A stretch of DNA of 37,739 nucleotides from a virus (taxonomy: Duplodnaviria > Caudoviricetes). Positions 6,233-16,500 of the stretch are shown piece by piece (the first letter of the stretch is position 1; every line of letters starts with the position of its first letter). The stretch covers positions 1-37,739 of IMG/VR virus record IMGVR_UViG_3300032218_000726. One strand, written 5' to 3'. The position numbers and the translations under genes are program-made. Below the pieces are notes generated by a model. That model was given only the letters and a program-made list of their open reading frames with translations, ran no database searches and was not told the DNA's origin.

Positions 6233-8782
6233 ATGGCAATGGAAAAAAGTTTATACGCAGCCCCTACTGGGCTTTCCGATTCTTCCTCTATGGGGCCAGA
6301 GATCGAAATTGAGGTTGAGGACCCCAAAGCCATGCACATTGGCATTGGCGACTTGGAGTTGGACATTGAGCCGGGCGAAGGTACAGCCGAGGACTTTGAC
6401 GCTAACCTTGCTGAGTTCATGGACGAGCGCGACTTGCAGTCACTGGGCTCCGAGCTGATTGCGGATTTCACCAAAGACATTGGCGACCGCAAAGAGTGGA
6501 TGCATACGTATGTGGACGGCTTAAAGCTGCTGGGCCTCAAGTACGAAGATCGTACCGAGCCGTGGCAAGGTGCGTGCGGCGTGTTTCACCCCATGCTGAC
6601 CGAGTCCGTTGTGCGTTTTCAGTCTGAGGCAATGACCGAGACGTTTCCAGCGCAAGGTCCAGTTAAGACAAACATCATCGGCAAAGACACACCCAAAGTG
6701 CAAGAGGCTGCTAGCCGAGTGCGGGAAGACATGAATTACCAGCTCACCGAGGTGATGACTGAGTACCGCCCCGAGCATGAAAAAATGCTGTGGAATTTGC
6801 CACTGGCCGGTAGCGCATTTAAGAAGGTTTACTACGACCCAAGTAAAGGGCGTCAAACTGCAATGTTTATCCCTGCCGAGGATATTGTTGTGCCGTACGG
6901 CGCATCAAACCTTGAGTCTGCCGAGCGTGTCACGCACGTTATGCGTAAATCGCCGAATGAGATTTTGAAGTTGCAAGATGCCGGGTTCTACATGGACGTG
7001 GACTTGGGTGAGCCAGCAAACGAGTTGGATGACATTGAGAAGCAAAAAGCTGAAGAGATGGGCATGACCGCTACGCACGATGAGCGGTTCCGTATTCTTG
7101 AGATGCACGTTGACTTGGACCTCAAAGGTTTCGAGCACAAGGGCAAAAACAAAAAACTTACGGGCATTGCGCTGCCGTACGTGGTAACGGTGGAAAAGGG
7201 CACGGGTAAGATTCTGGCCGTTCGCCGCAATTGGTACGAAGGTGACGAGCTCCACACCAAGCGCCAGCACTTTGTGCACTATCAGTATATCCCGGGGTTT
7301 GGTTTCTACGGGTATGGGCTTATTCACTTGATTGGCGGCTATGCGAAAAGTGCAACGATGCTTATTCGCCAGTTGGTTGATGCTGGCACTTTGTCTAACT
7401 TGCCCGGTGGCCTCAAGTCCCGTGGTCTTCGTATCAAAGGTGACGACACTCCGATCCAGCCCGGTGAGTTCCGAGACGTGGACGTGCCCTCCGGCTCGAT
7501 TCGTGACAACATCTTGCCACTGCCCTACAAAGAGCCGTCGCAAGTTCTGTACACCCTCTTCGATCGTATAGTCCAAGAAGGTCGCGCCTTTGCATCGAGT
7601 GGCGATATGAAAGTGAGCGATATGTCGTCGCAAGCCCCAGTGGGCACCACTCTGGCCATCCTTGAGCGCACACTGAAAGTGATGACAGCAGTTCAGGCTC
7701 GCCTGCACTACGCAATGAAAATGGAGTTCAAACTCCTGAAAGTCATCATTGCCGACTACACACCGGAAGAGTACGACTACGAGCCAGAAGAAGGCAATCG
7801 TTCGGTGAAGAAAGCCGACTACGACTTAGTGGACGTGATTCCTGTAAGCGACCCCAACGCAGCGACCATGGCGCAGAAAATTGTGCAGTACCAAGCGGTG
7901 TTGCAGCTGGCCCAGAGCGCTCCGAACTTATATAACTTGCCGCTTCTGCACCGCCAGATGATTGAGGTGTTGGGCATCAAAAACGCTTCCAAACTTGTGC
8001 CTATGGAAGAAGATGCAATTCCTATCGATCCAGTGGCAGAGAACCAAGCGCTGCTTAATGGCAAGCCGGTCAAAGCGTTCATCCAGCAAAGCCATGAAGC
8101 GCACATCCAAGTGCACATGGCCGCGATTCAAAGTCCCAAGGTTCAACAGCTGATGCAGATGAATCCCGCTGCACAAAGCATCATGGCCGCAGCAATGGCG
8201 CACATCAACGAGCACATTGCGTTTGAGATGCGTAAGCAGATCGAGATGGCGATGGGTATGCCACTGCCGACTGAAGAACAAAACAAAGAAGTTACTCCAG
8301 AGTTGGCTGACAAGATTGCCATGATGGCCGCGCAGGCATCGCAGCAGATTCTCCAAAAGGACAAGCAGCAAGCCCAACAGCAGCAAGCTCAGCAGCAACA
8401 GCAGGACCCAGTGGTACAGATGCAACAGCAAGAACTCCAGATCAAACAGCAAGAACTTAAGCTCAAAGAGCAAAAGCAAGCAATGGAGGCAGCGGCCAAA
8501 GCCGACCAGCTTCGCATCGAAGAAGCTCGTATTGCAGCCCAGAAAGAAATCGCGGCTATGCAGGTGGGTGCCACCGCTGCCGCTGCACGCGACAAACTTA
8601 AGCAGCAAATGGAGGCCGAGGGTGTCCGTATGGGGATTGATGCAGCTAAGAGCAAAGCGCAGTTGGCGGCGCAGTCTCGCCAGCATGCGGCTCAGATGTT
8701 CCAACAGTCTCGCCAGCACGCCGCTCAAATGGCGGACAGAAACAAAATGCCGAACAAACCTCCTGTTAAGGAGAGCAAATGA
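6233..8782 (+). CDS. Portal protein, P22-like, with long Q/A-rich C-terminal coiled coil
   Basis: 849 aa after TerL; GSAFKKVYYD and GFYGYGL motifs; coiled-coil tail. Confidence 0.9.
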   Translation: MAMEKSLYAAPTGLSDSSSMGPEIEIEVEDPKAMHIGIGDLELDIEPGEGTAEDFDANLAEFMDERDLQSLGSELIADFTKDIGDRKEWMHTYVDGLKLLGLKYEDRTEPWQGACGVFHPMLTESVVRFQSEAMTETFPAQGPVKTNIIGKDTPKVQEAASRVREDMNYQLTEVMTEYRPEHEKMLWNLPLAGSAFKKVYYDPSKGRQTAMFIPAEDIVVPYGASNLESAERVTHVMRKSPNEILKLQDAGFYMDVDLGEPANELDDIEKQKAEEMGMTATHDERFRILEMHVDLDLKGFEHKGKNKKLTGIALPYVVTVEKGTGKILAVRRNWYEGDELHTKRQHFVHYQYIPGFGFYGYGLIHLIGGYAKSATMLIRQLVDAGTLSNLPGGLKSRGLRIKGDDTPIQPGEFRDVDVPSGSIRDNILPLPYKEPSQVLYTLFDRIVQEGRAFASSGDMKVSDMSSQAPVGTTLAILERTLKVMTAVQARLHYAMKMEFKLLKVIIADYTPEEYDYEPEEGNRSVKKADYDLVDVIPVSDPNAATMAQKIVQYQAVLQLAQSAPNLYNLPLLHRQMIEVLGIKNASKLVPMEEDAIPIDPVAENQALLNGKPVKAFIQQSHEAHIQVHMAAIQSPKVQQLMQMNPAAQSIMAAAMAHINEHIAFEMRKQIEMAMGMPLPTEEQNKEVTPELADKIAMMAAQASQQILQKDKQQAQQQQAQQQQQDPVVQMQQQELQIKQQELKLKEQKQAMEAAAKADQLRIEEARIAAQKEIAAMQVGATAAAARDKLKQQMEAEGVRMGIDAAKSKAQLAAQSRQHAAQMFQQSRQHAAQMADRNKMPNKPPVKESK

Positions 8783-8976
8783 AGGACTATCAGATTTTGG
8801 CTTACACGGCCAAAAAACTTGTAGAACAGCGTGGAACTTACGAAGACGCGGTTAGCCGTGGCAACGCTAAGGATCATGCTGAATACAAACACCTCTGCGG
8901 GCTTATCCAAGGTCTAAGGCAAGCAGAGGAAATTATTAACGATCTTGTGCAAAAAATGGAGAAATCTGATGACTGA
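8779..8976 (+). CDS. Small helical protein following the portal
   Basis: ATGA overlap; AAGGAG RBS. Confidence 0.75.
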   Translation: MKDYQILAYTAKKLVEQRGTYEDAVSRGNAKDHAEYKHLCGLIQGLRQAEEIINDLVQKMEKSDD

Positions 8977-9373
8977 ATTTGATGTTTCGGCGGTTGATCT
9001 GTCAGGTATTTTGAACAAAAATACCGAGGACAAAGCCAAACAGTTGCCTGAGCCAAAGACCTTTCGCCTTCTGTGCATAGTACCAGAAGCAGAAGAAAAA
9101 GTAGAGGGTACTGAAATCTACAAACCGGCACAGACTATGCATTACGAGGAGGTTTTGACCCCCGTTCTGTTTGTGGTCAAGGTTGGCCCGGATGCTTACG
9201 CAGACAAAATCCGGTTCCCCAGTGGGCCGAGCTGCAAGCAAGGTGACTTTGTCATCGTGCGCCCCAATTCAGGCACCCGCTTGAAAATCCACGGTCGCGA
9301 GTTCCGCATCATCAATGATGATTCGGTTGAAGCCGTTGTCGAAGACCCGCGTGGCATCAGCCGCGCTGCATAA
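8969..9373 (+). CDS. GroES/Cpn10-like co-chaperonin
   Basis: VVKVGPDA...CKQGDFVIVRPNSGTRLKIHGREFRIINDDSVEAVV matches the GroES fold pattern. Confidence 0.8.
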   Translation: MTEFDVSAVDLSGILNKNTEDKAKQLPEPKTFRLLCIVPEAEEKVEGTEIYKPAQTMHYEEVLTPVLFVVKVGPDAYADKIRFPSGPSCKQGDFVIVRPNSGTRLKIHGREFRIINDDSVEAVVEDPRGISRAA

Positions 9374-9382
9374 GGAGTAAGC

Positions 9383-10384
9383 ATGGCAAATTTTAAAGAT
9401 GAAGATTTTGAGTTTCCTGATGAGAAGGAAGCTAAAAAAACCAAGGCAGATGCGGATGACAACTTTAATGTTGAAATTGAAGATGACACTCCCGTAGCCG
9501 ACCGGGGCCGCAAACCCATGAAAGAGCCAGTGGAAGATCCCACTGAAGATGAACTTGCCTCGTATGACGAGAAAGTTCAGGCTCGTATCAGAAAGTTCAC
9601 TCGTGGCTACCACGACGAACGACGCGCCAAAGAAGAAGCGCTTCGTGAGCGCGAGGCCGCTGAAGTATTTGCTCGTCAGGTGTTTGAGGAGAACAAAAAA
9701 CTCCAACAACAGTTGTCCACAGGTAGCAAAGCCTATATTGAGACTTCTAAATCTGCCGCCGAAACTGAGTTGCAAGCAGCTAAACGCCGGTTCAAGGAAG
9801 CCTATGACGCCGGAGATTCCGACGCATTGGCGGATGCACAAGCAGAGGTTGCACAAGCCACTTTGAAACTTGATCGCGCTTCTACCATGAAGCCTATCGA
9901 AGTGGAAGACAGAGAATATCAGACAGCAGCGCCGCAAACTGAAACTCAAAAACTCAGCCCACGTACTCAAAAATGGGTGCAGGCCAACAAAGATTGGTGG
10001 GGCGCGGACGAAGAAATGACTATGACCGCAATGGGTATTGACAAGAAGTTGCAACGCGAGTATGGTTCTGAATACGTAGGTAGTGAAGAGTATTTCAAAA
10101 CTATCGACCGCACTATGCGAAAGCGTTTTCCCGAGCACTTTGAAAGTGATCGGAGCGATGAGGAAGATTATGACCCGCCTCAACGAAAGAGGTCAGAACC
10201 GGCTTACGAGGAAGAACCTTCGCGCCGTGCAACAAAACCCGCTGTAGTTGTAGCTCCGGCTTCACGCAGCACCCCGCCTAGTCGTATGCGACTGAAGGCA
10301 TCCGAAGCAGCGATCGCTCGCCGTCTTGGGGTTCCTTTGGAGCTTTACGCCAAACAGGTTGCTATGCTTAATAGAGGTGAATAA
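9383..10384 (+). CDS. Putative capsid scaffolding protein
   Basis: Acidic N-terminus, long coiled coil, C-terminal IARRLGVPLELYAK helix pair; upstream of the capsid genes. Confidence 0.65.
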   Translation: MANFKDEDFEFPDEKEAKKTKADADDNFNVEIEDDTPVADRGRKPMKEPVEDPTEDELASYDEKVQARIRKFTRGYHDERRAKEEALREREAAEVFARQVFEENKKLQQQLSTGSKAYIETSKSAAETELQAAKRRFKEAYDAGDSDALADAQAEVAQATLKLDRASTMKPIEVEDREYQTAAPQTETQKLSPRTQKWVQANKDWWGADEEMTMTAMGIDKKLQREYGSEYVGSEEYFKTIDRTMRKRFPEHFESDRSDEEDYDPPQRKRSEPAYEEEPSRRATKPAVVVAPASRSTPPSRMRLKASEAAIARRLGVPLELYAKQVAMLNRGE

Positions 10385-10386
10385 AA

Positions 10387-10857
10387 ATGACTGAAGTTCA
10401 AACCAAATCGCAAAATCGTATGGCTCGTGAGCTGGACTCCCGTGAAGTGACGTTTCAACGTCCCGAAGCGTGGCGTGCGCCCGAAACCTTGCCAATGCCT
10501 GACGAACGTCCGGGCTGGACGCATCGATACGTACGTATTAGCATGATGGGACAAGCTGATGCCAGTAATATCTCTAGTAAGTTTCGCGAAGGATACGAAC
10601 CCGTAAAAGCGGAAGAATATCCTGAGCTCATGATGCACGCTACCACAGAAGGCCGCTTTAAAGGCGGTATTGAAGTGGGCGGACTGTTGCTCTGCCGTAT
10701 CCCTTCCGAGTTCCTCAAGCAACGCGAGGCGTATTACTCCTCGAAGAACAAGGCTCAAATGGATTCAGTGGACAATACTTTCCTTCGCGAAAGTGATCCT
10801 CGGATGCAGAAGTTTTCTGAACGAAGCACCAAGGTTACTTTCGGCTCTGGTTCTTAA
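10387..10857 (+). CDS. Head-module hypothetical protein
   Basis: AGAGG RBS; between scaffold and capsid genes. Confidence 0.75.
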   Translation: MTEVQTKSQNRMARELDSREVTFQRPEAWRAPETLPMPDERPGWTHRYVRISMMGQADASNISSKFREGYEPVKAEEYPELMMHATTEGRFKGGIEVGGLLLCRIPSEFLKQREAYYSSKNKAQMDSVDNTFLRESDPRMQKFSERSTKVTFGSGS

Positions 10858-10876
10858 ATTTTTCAAGGAGTCTTAA

Positions 10877-11764
10877 ATGGCTTATCCAACGGTTTCGGCC
10901 CCCTACGGCCTTAAGCCCGTAAACTTGATTGGTGGACAGGTCTTCGCTGGTTCTACACGTAACGTGAAAGTCCAGTACGGCTACGCCACTAATATTTTTT
11001 ATGGTGATTTTGTCGCGATTACTCGCGGCTTCGCTACTCGTTTAGCGGCAACTGATGGCGGCTCTGCTTCCACCGGTGCTGCTGGTTACGGTAACGTCGG
11101 TATCTTCTTGGGTTGCTCGTATACGAACCCTTTGACCAAGCAAAAGACTTTCAGCCAATACTGGCCAGCAAGTACTTTGGCTGGTGATGCTGTCGCAATT
11201 GTGACTGACGATCCTGATACCATTTTTAAAGCCGCTGTCGTGACAACTCAAGGTGGTACCACTATTGGTTCCGCATCGAGCGCCATGATCGGCTTGAACA
11301 TGACTATCTCCAACTTGGCTGGTAACGTTAATACCGGTAACTCGTCGAACGGCATTTTGGCCAGCTCTGCTGCCACTACCGCCGCTCTGCCTGTCCGTAT
11401 TATCGACGTGGTGCCTGATACTGCTGTTGCTTTGGGCACTGCCACTTGGTCTAGCGGTACAACTACTTTGACTACCTCTGCTTTGCCTAACGCGTTGCCA
11501 GTGGGTACTGAAGTTGGTTTCTTGGCCGCTAACGGTCAGTACGTTGGCGCAGCCAACTGGGTTTCTACAGCAGCTACTGCTGGCGCAACCTCTGTTGTTG
11601 TCAACGCACAATATGGTGTGGTTAACGCTGGCGGCGCTGCTGCTACCGCAACCGCAATTCCCGCAAGCTCCGTGCTCGTGTTTACGCAGTACACTGAAGT
11701 TCTTTGCAAGATCAACTTCGGCGTTCACTCGTATTACACTGGGCTTGGCACTCAAACCGCTTAA
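10877..11764 (+). CDS. Putative capsid decoration/minor capsid protein with a T/A-rich inserted domain
   Basis: AAGGAG RBS; APYGLKPV N-terminus; immediately before the major capsid gene. Confidence 0.65.
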   Translation: MAYPTVSAPYGLKPVNLIGGQVFAGSTRNVKVQYGYATNIFYGDFVAITRGFATRLAATDGGSASTGAAGYGNVGIFLGCSYTNPLTKQKTFSQYWPASTLAGDAVAIVTDDPDTIFKAAVVTTQGGTTIGSASSAMIGLNMTISNLAGNVNTGNSSNGILASSAATTAALPVRIIDVVPDTAVALGTATWSSGTTTLTTSALPNALPVGTEVGFLAANGQYVGAANWVSTAATAGATSVVVNAQYGVVNAGGAAATATAIPASSVLVFTQYTEVLCKINFGVHSYYTGLGTQTA

Positions 11765-11776
11765 GGAGTAACTTAA

Positions 11777-12688
11777 ATGGCCATTTCACGCGCACAACTG
11801 CTCAAAGAGCTGCTCCCCGGTCTGAACGCCTTGTTTGGTTTGGAGTACGCCCGCTACGGCGAAGAGCACAAGGAACTTTACGAAGTGGAAACTTCTGAGC
11901 GTTCTTTTGAAGAAGAAACGAAACTGTCTGGTTTCTCTGCTGCACCTGTTAAGAACGAAGGCTCTGCCATCGCTTATGACAACGCACAGGAAGCATGGAC
12001 AACTCGTTACAACCACGAAACCATTGCCTTGGGTTTCTCGATCACTGAAGAAGCGATCGAAGATAACTTGTATGACAGCTTGTCCGCTCGTTATACCAAG
12101 GGTCTGGCTCGTGCCATGTCGTACACCAAGCAGGTTAAAGCTGCCGCTGTTCTGAACAATGGCTTCTCCGCAGCTTATGCTGGTGGCGATGGCGTTGCTC
12201 TGTTCAGCGCTTCTCACCCTCTGGTTAACGGTGCAACCAACGCTAACACCCCAGCTACCCAAGCTGATTTGAACGAGACTTCTTTGGAAGCCGCCGTTAT
12301 CCAGATTGCTGCTTGGACTGATGAACGTGGTCTGTTGATTGCCGCTAAGCCTAAAAAGCTGATCGTTCCCCCAAGCCTGCAATTCGTTGCTACTCGTCTG
12401 TTGGAAACCGAACTCCGCGTCGGTACTAACAACAACGACCTCAACGCGATCAAGAACAACGGTGCTGTGCCTGACGGTTACACCATCAACCACTTCTTGA
12501 CCGACAACAACGCTTGGTTCTTGACCACAGACGTGCCAAACGGTTTGAAGCATTTCGTTCGTACTCCGCTGCAAAACAGCATGGACGGCGATTTTGATAC
12601 CGGTAACGTGCGTTACAAGGCCCGTGAGCGTTACAGCTTCGGCTGGTCTGATCCATTGGGCGTCTTTGGCTCCAGCGGTTCGTTCTAA
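11777..12688 (+). CDS. Major capsid protein (HK97 fold, Mu gpT-like)
   Basis: MAISRAQLLKELLPGL, DGVALFSASHPL, PKKLIVPP, DFDTGNVRYKARERYSFGWSD; strong codon bias; followed by a terminator. Confidence 0.9.
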   Translation: MAISRAQLLKELLPGLNALFGLEYARYGEEHKELYEVETSERSFEEETKLSGFSAAPVKNEGSAIAYDNAQEAWTTRYNHETIALGFSITEEAIEDNLYDSLSARYTKGLARAMSYTKQVKAAAVLNNGFSAAYAGGDGVALFSASHPLVNGATNANTPATQADLNETSLEAAVIQIAAWTDERGLLIAAKPKKLIVPPSLQFVATRLLETELRVGTNNNDLNAIKNNGAVPDGYTINHFLTDNNAWFLTTDVPNGLKHFVRTPLQNSMDGDFDTGNVRYKARERYSFGWSDPLGVFGSSGSF

Positions 12689-12716
12689 TCAAACCGCCCC
12701 ACAAGGGCCAGTTTGG

Positions 12717-12740
12717 AAGCCACCTTCGGGTGGCTTTTTT
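12717..12740 (+). terminator. Rho-independent terminator
   Basis: AAGCCACC-TTCG-GGTGGCTT plus T run. Confidence 0.9.
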
Positions 12741-12745
12741 ATTTG

Positions 12746-12774
12746 TTGCACCCGTTTTTTATTTGGTGTATATT
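12746..12774 (+). promoter_or_regulatory. sigma70-like promoter
   Basis: TTGCAC, 17 bp, TATATT, directly after the terminator. Confidence 0.6.
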
Positions 12775-12782
12775 GCATACAT

Positions 12783-12854
12783 CTGGGTGATTCGCCTTAC
12801 CACCACTGCCCCAGCAGACGATGCAACGATCGGTAAGGTACTTTTGCATAAGGA
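12783..12854 (+). ncRNA. Structured RNA element (kissing loop), candidate Mu-gpT-DE motif
   Basis: CTGGG/CCCAG, ATGCAA/TTGCAT and loop-loop CCTTACC/GGTAAGG pairings; lies 3' of a gpT-like gene. Confidence 0.6.
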
Positions 12855-12862
12855 CTTTTGTC

Positions 12863-13546
12863 ATGGCACGTTCTACCTTTGATGGCCCAATTCTGTCGGG
12901 CGACAACCGTTTTGGTCCACAACGTAACATCGGTTACACCACGTTGACCCAATCTGGCTATCTTAATTTGTTGAACACCACTTCGGCTACAGCCGGATTT
13001 GCTGGTGGTTCTGGTACGTTTGTTACGTCCAACAACATCCCCAACCAAAACACAACAGTTTATGTCCCATCATCGACTAACCCGACTTTGGTTGCACAAA
13101 CAATTCCAGCAGACACCGCTAGTCAGTATTACCGTGGTTGGGTCTGCTATGTGCCTACAAACTGCGATATTGACCAAGCAATCATCGACGTAGCAGTGCT
13201 GCCTACTGTTGCCTCCGGTACTTTGTCTACCATCAAAGTATATGTGTCCAACAACTACACTGTTGAAGCTGGCACACCAACCTACGCAAGTTCTACCCTG
13301 TCTGGTACTGGCCGCGCTACTACTTCGTTTAGCGGCACGCAAGTCACCAATGCTAATGGTACTTCCACAGATTTGGTTGGTATCAACGGTACGCAAACAC
13401 TGTCCCAAATTGTTTTTACCTTGTCTTTGACAGGTACCACAATGGGCGCAATTTCTGCCGGTCAGATTTATTTCTCGCTTCGTTACATCCAGCCTGACGG
13501 CAACATTGGCTCTACTACTGCTTACCCATTTGGTAACTTCGACTAA
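12863..13546 (+). CDS. Putative virion (head decoration/fibre) protein
   Basis: AAGGA RBS; MARSTFDGPI N-terminus; beta- and T/S-rich. Confidence 0.7.
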   Translation: MARSTFDGPILSGDNRFGPQRNIGYTTLTQSGYLNLLNTTSATAGFAGGSGTFVTSNNIPNQNTTVYVPSSTNPTLVAQTIPADTASQYYRGWVCYVPTNCDIDQAIIDVAVLPTVASGTLSTIKVYVSNNYTVEAGTPTYASSTLSGTGRATTSFSGTQVTNANGTSTDLVGINGTQTLSQIVFTLSLTGTTMGAISAGQIYFSLRYIQPDGNIGSTTAYPFGNFD

Positions 13547-13555
13547 TTGAGCAAC

Positions 13556-13577
13556 GGGGGCTTCGGCCCCCTTCTTT
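13556..13577 (+). terminator. Terminator-like hairpin
   Basis: GGGGGC-TTCG-GCCCCC-TTCTTT. Confidence 0.7.
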
Positions 13578-13595
13578 GGATTTAAGGAGTACTAT

Positions 13596-16500
13596 ATGTC
13601 TGGTGGATGGACCGTCGTTGACTCGGCAACAAACAAATCGCTGCCTATTCAGGGCACAACTAACTCTGGCGCTGCTGTGCCTTATGTTACCCCTGCTCCG
13701 GGTGCGCAAGACCCAGTAGGTAAGTTTCGTATTTCAGCGCCTCAAGCGTTGATTGATACCGACTTTGAATATGGCACACAGCCAACAAAGTGGGAATCTA
13801 TTGCTTTGCAAAATAACCGCCAAAGCATGTACTACATTGCTCAACAACCTTTGACTGTTACAAGCATTCTAGGTGACGGGGCTACTGCAACCATTACCAT
13901 TGCAGGGTCCTTGTTTTCAATGGCTGTTGGGCAACCAATTTTTATTCAAAATGCTAGTTTGCCGCAAATCAACGGATGGTGGTATGTCACTGCTGCAACC
14001 GCCTCAAGTATTTCGGCTCAAATTGCTACGGGAACTACAGTCCCTGCGTCTAACCAATATAACGCTGCACTGACTTATTTGTATGCGGGATATTTATATT
14101 CCAACTGTGGTATTCCACTTAGCTCAACCGCTGCATTTTCTTCCTCTACTGCCACAACAACCGTAACTACAACCAATCCGCATGGTTTGCAAGCGGGATC
14201 ATATATTTATGTAAATGGCGTAACATCTACTTCTGCTAATGCTACGCTTGGTTGGATTTCCGGTACGACCATGTACTTTAACGCGTCTCCTGCTGTTGGA
14301 GCCAGCTCTATACGTTCTGGGTATAGCGTAACTGGCGTGGGCGTTACGGGCGGAACAACAGTGACTGCAACCAATGCTGCTACGTCTACTGCTGCGTTTA
14401 TTACGGGCACCGTATTGTCAGTAACCGCAGGTGCCGCACAGACTGTAGGAAACCAACTTATAGGTGGTGGGGTAACTAACGGTACGTATGTATCCGCAAT
14501 AAACAGTGCGACATTTGTTGCCGCTATTTCTGGTACAGCACTGACTTACGCTTCCGGCACAATTCCTACTATTGGCATGGTGCTTGCAGACTCAACCACT
14601 CCCGGTAACTTGCCAGCAGGTACTTACATTGCTTCTGGAACCTCGCCTAACTTTGTGCTGAGCGCCGCAGGAACCGCAGCCGCAGCAGACACTATTGTTG
14701 GTACAAGCTACACAGTGAGCGCATCGCAAACAGTTACTAGTACAACTATTAATGGGTACAACTACACTGTTAGCGCCTCACAAACGGTTGGTTCACAAGG
14801 CTCACCTGTTGCTTTGACTCTTACGTCTACCGCTGTTACAAATGCCCCTAACGGCGCATACATTGTTGCAACTGTTCCAACCGCCAATACGTTTACGTAC
14901 ACAACGGCCTACAACATGTCAGGAACAATGAGCAACGTGGCAAACAGCACCACTTTGTACGCTCGTCCATCTGGTTTTGTTGAACCACGTTCGTTTGATG
15001 GCGGCGTGGCTTTCTCTGCTGGCGGTGCAGTACCGGGCCAACAATTGATCCGTCAGACTCGTCGTTATTTCCGCTACCAGTCTGGTAAGGGTGTTCAGTT
15101 CTCGACTGGTTCGTCCTTGAAACCAGCCTTGTTTATTACCAGTATTACTGGTTCTGGCACTACTGCAACGGTAACTTCTCGGTATCAACACAACCTTACT
15201 GTTGGTTCAAAAATTACCGTAGCTGGCACTGACCAAGGTGTGTACAACGGCAACTTTACTATTGCCACTGTTCCGTCAACGTTGACTTTTACGTATACCA
15301 CACAGATTCCTGTTGGCTCTGCTACCACTGCTACAGGTCAAGCTGTTCGTGTAAGCCCAACTAGTTGGTATGGTTCTGCTAACCGTGTTGGTTTGTTTGA
15401 CTTGCAGAACGGCATGTTTTTTGAGTACGACGGCCAGAATTTATTTGCAGTGCTGCGTAACAGTATTAACCAAGCCAACGGCACTATTTCGGTAACCAGC
15501 GGCTCCAATTTGGTTACGGGTACAGGCACGCAGTTCGTTACACAGTGTATACCCGGTGCATATGTTGTGATTCGTGGGCAGTCTTATCGTGTGGTCACTG
15601 TTGCCAGCGACACTTCGATGTATGTGTCTCCTGAATATCGGGGCACTACGATTGCTGGCGCGTTGATGTCTTTGACTTTAGAAGTACGCATCCCACAAAG
15701 TAAGTGGCAAGACCCATGCGATGGCACCGGCCCTTCTGCGTACAACATTGATTTGACCCGTATGCAGATGTGGTACATCGACTACTCTTGGTACGGTGCT
15801 GGTGTGGTGCGTTACGGTTTCCGTGCAACCAACGGGCAAGTTAACTACGTAACCCAAATTCAAAACAACAACAAGCAGTTTGAAGCGTACATGCGTACGG
15901 GTAACATGGCGGCTCATTACGAGTCCAATGGTATCTCTCCTACTACAGTTATGACCTCTAGTTTGGGTAATACCAACACTACATTGAGTGCCGCAGTTGC
16001 TTTAGCTGCCTTGTCGATACCACTGACCGCAGTTACCAACTACAACAACACTGGCGTAGTTAAAATTGATAATGAGTTGATTTATTACTCAGGCATTTCT
16101 GGTAATAATTTGGTTGGTTGTATTCGTGGGTTTGGTGGAACTACCGCTGCATCTCATATTAGCGGATCAACAGTTGCCATTTCTTCAATTGATATTCTTG
16201 ATTGCTCTCGTTTTCCTTCAGCAGGAACCGTAAAAGTTCAAGCCTCTGGGCAAACAGGAACGGTTGAATACATCGCGTTTACCGGTAACGATGGCAGTAT
16301 TTTGTACGGGTTAACCCGCGCTCAAACTGGTGGTCAAGCAAGTGCGCAAGCATTTACTTATAGCGCAACAGCGCCAATCAGCGTTGAACTGAGTTCGCCC
16401 GACACCGTTCCGTCTCTGTCCCATTGGGGCTCATCAGTTATCATGGACGGTCGGTTTGATGATGACAAGTCGTTGATTTTTAACTACGGCATGACTACCG

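Noticed and set aside
8672-8731. 33-bp-period duplication (QSRQHAAQM x2) in the portal tail
   Set aside because: Ordinary coiled-coil repeat expansion in a low-complexity region.
5429-12574. Long antisense ORFs (5429..6136, 6905..7708, 7928..8728, 9269..10183, 11042..11755, 11786..12574)
   Set aside because: They shadow well-supported plus-strand genes, have no recognisable motifs, and are explained by codon bias.
12783-12854. HDV-like, twister or hammerhead ribozyme
   Set aside because: The helix order is that of a kissing loop, not the HDV nested pseudoknot; no CUGANGA/GAAA core seen.
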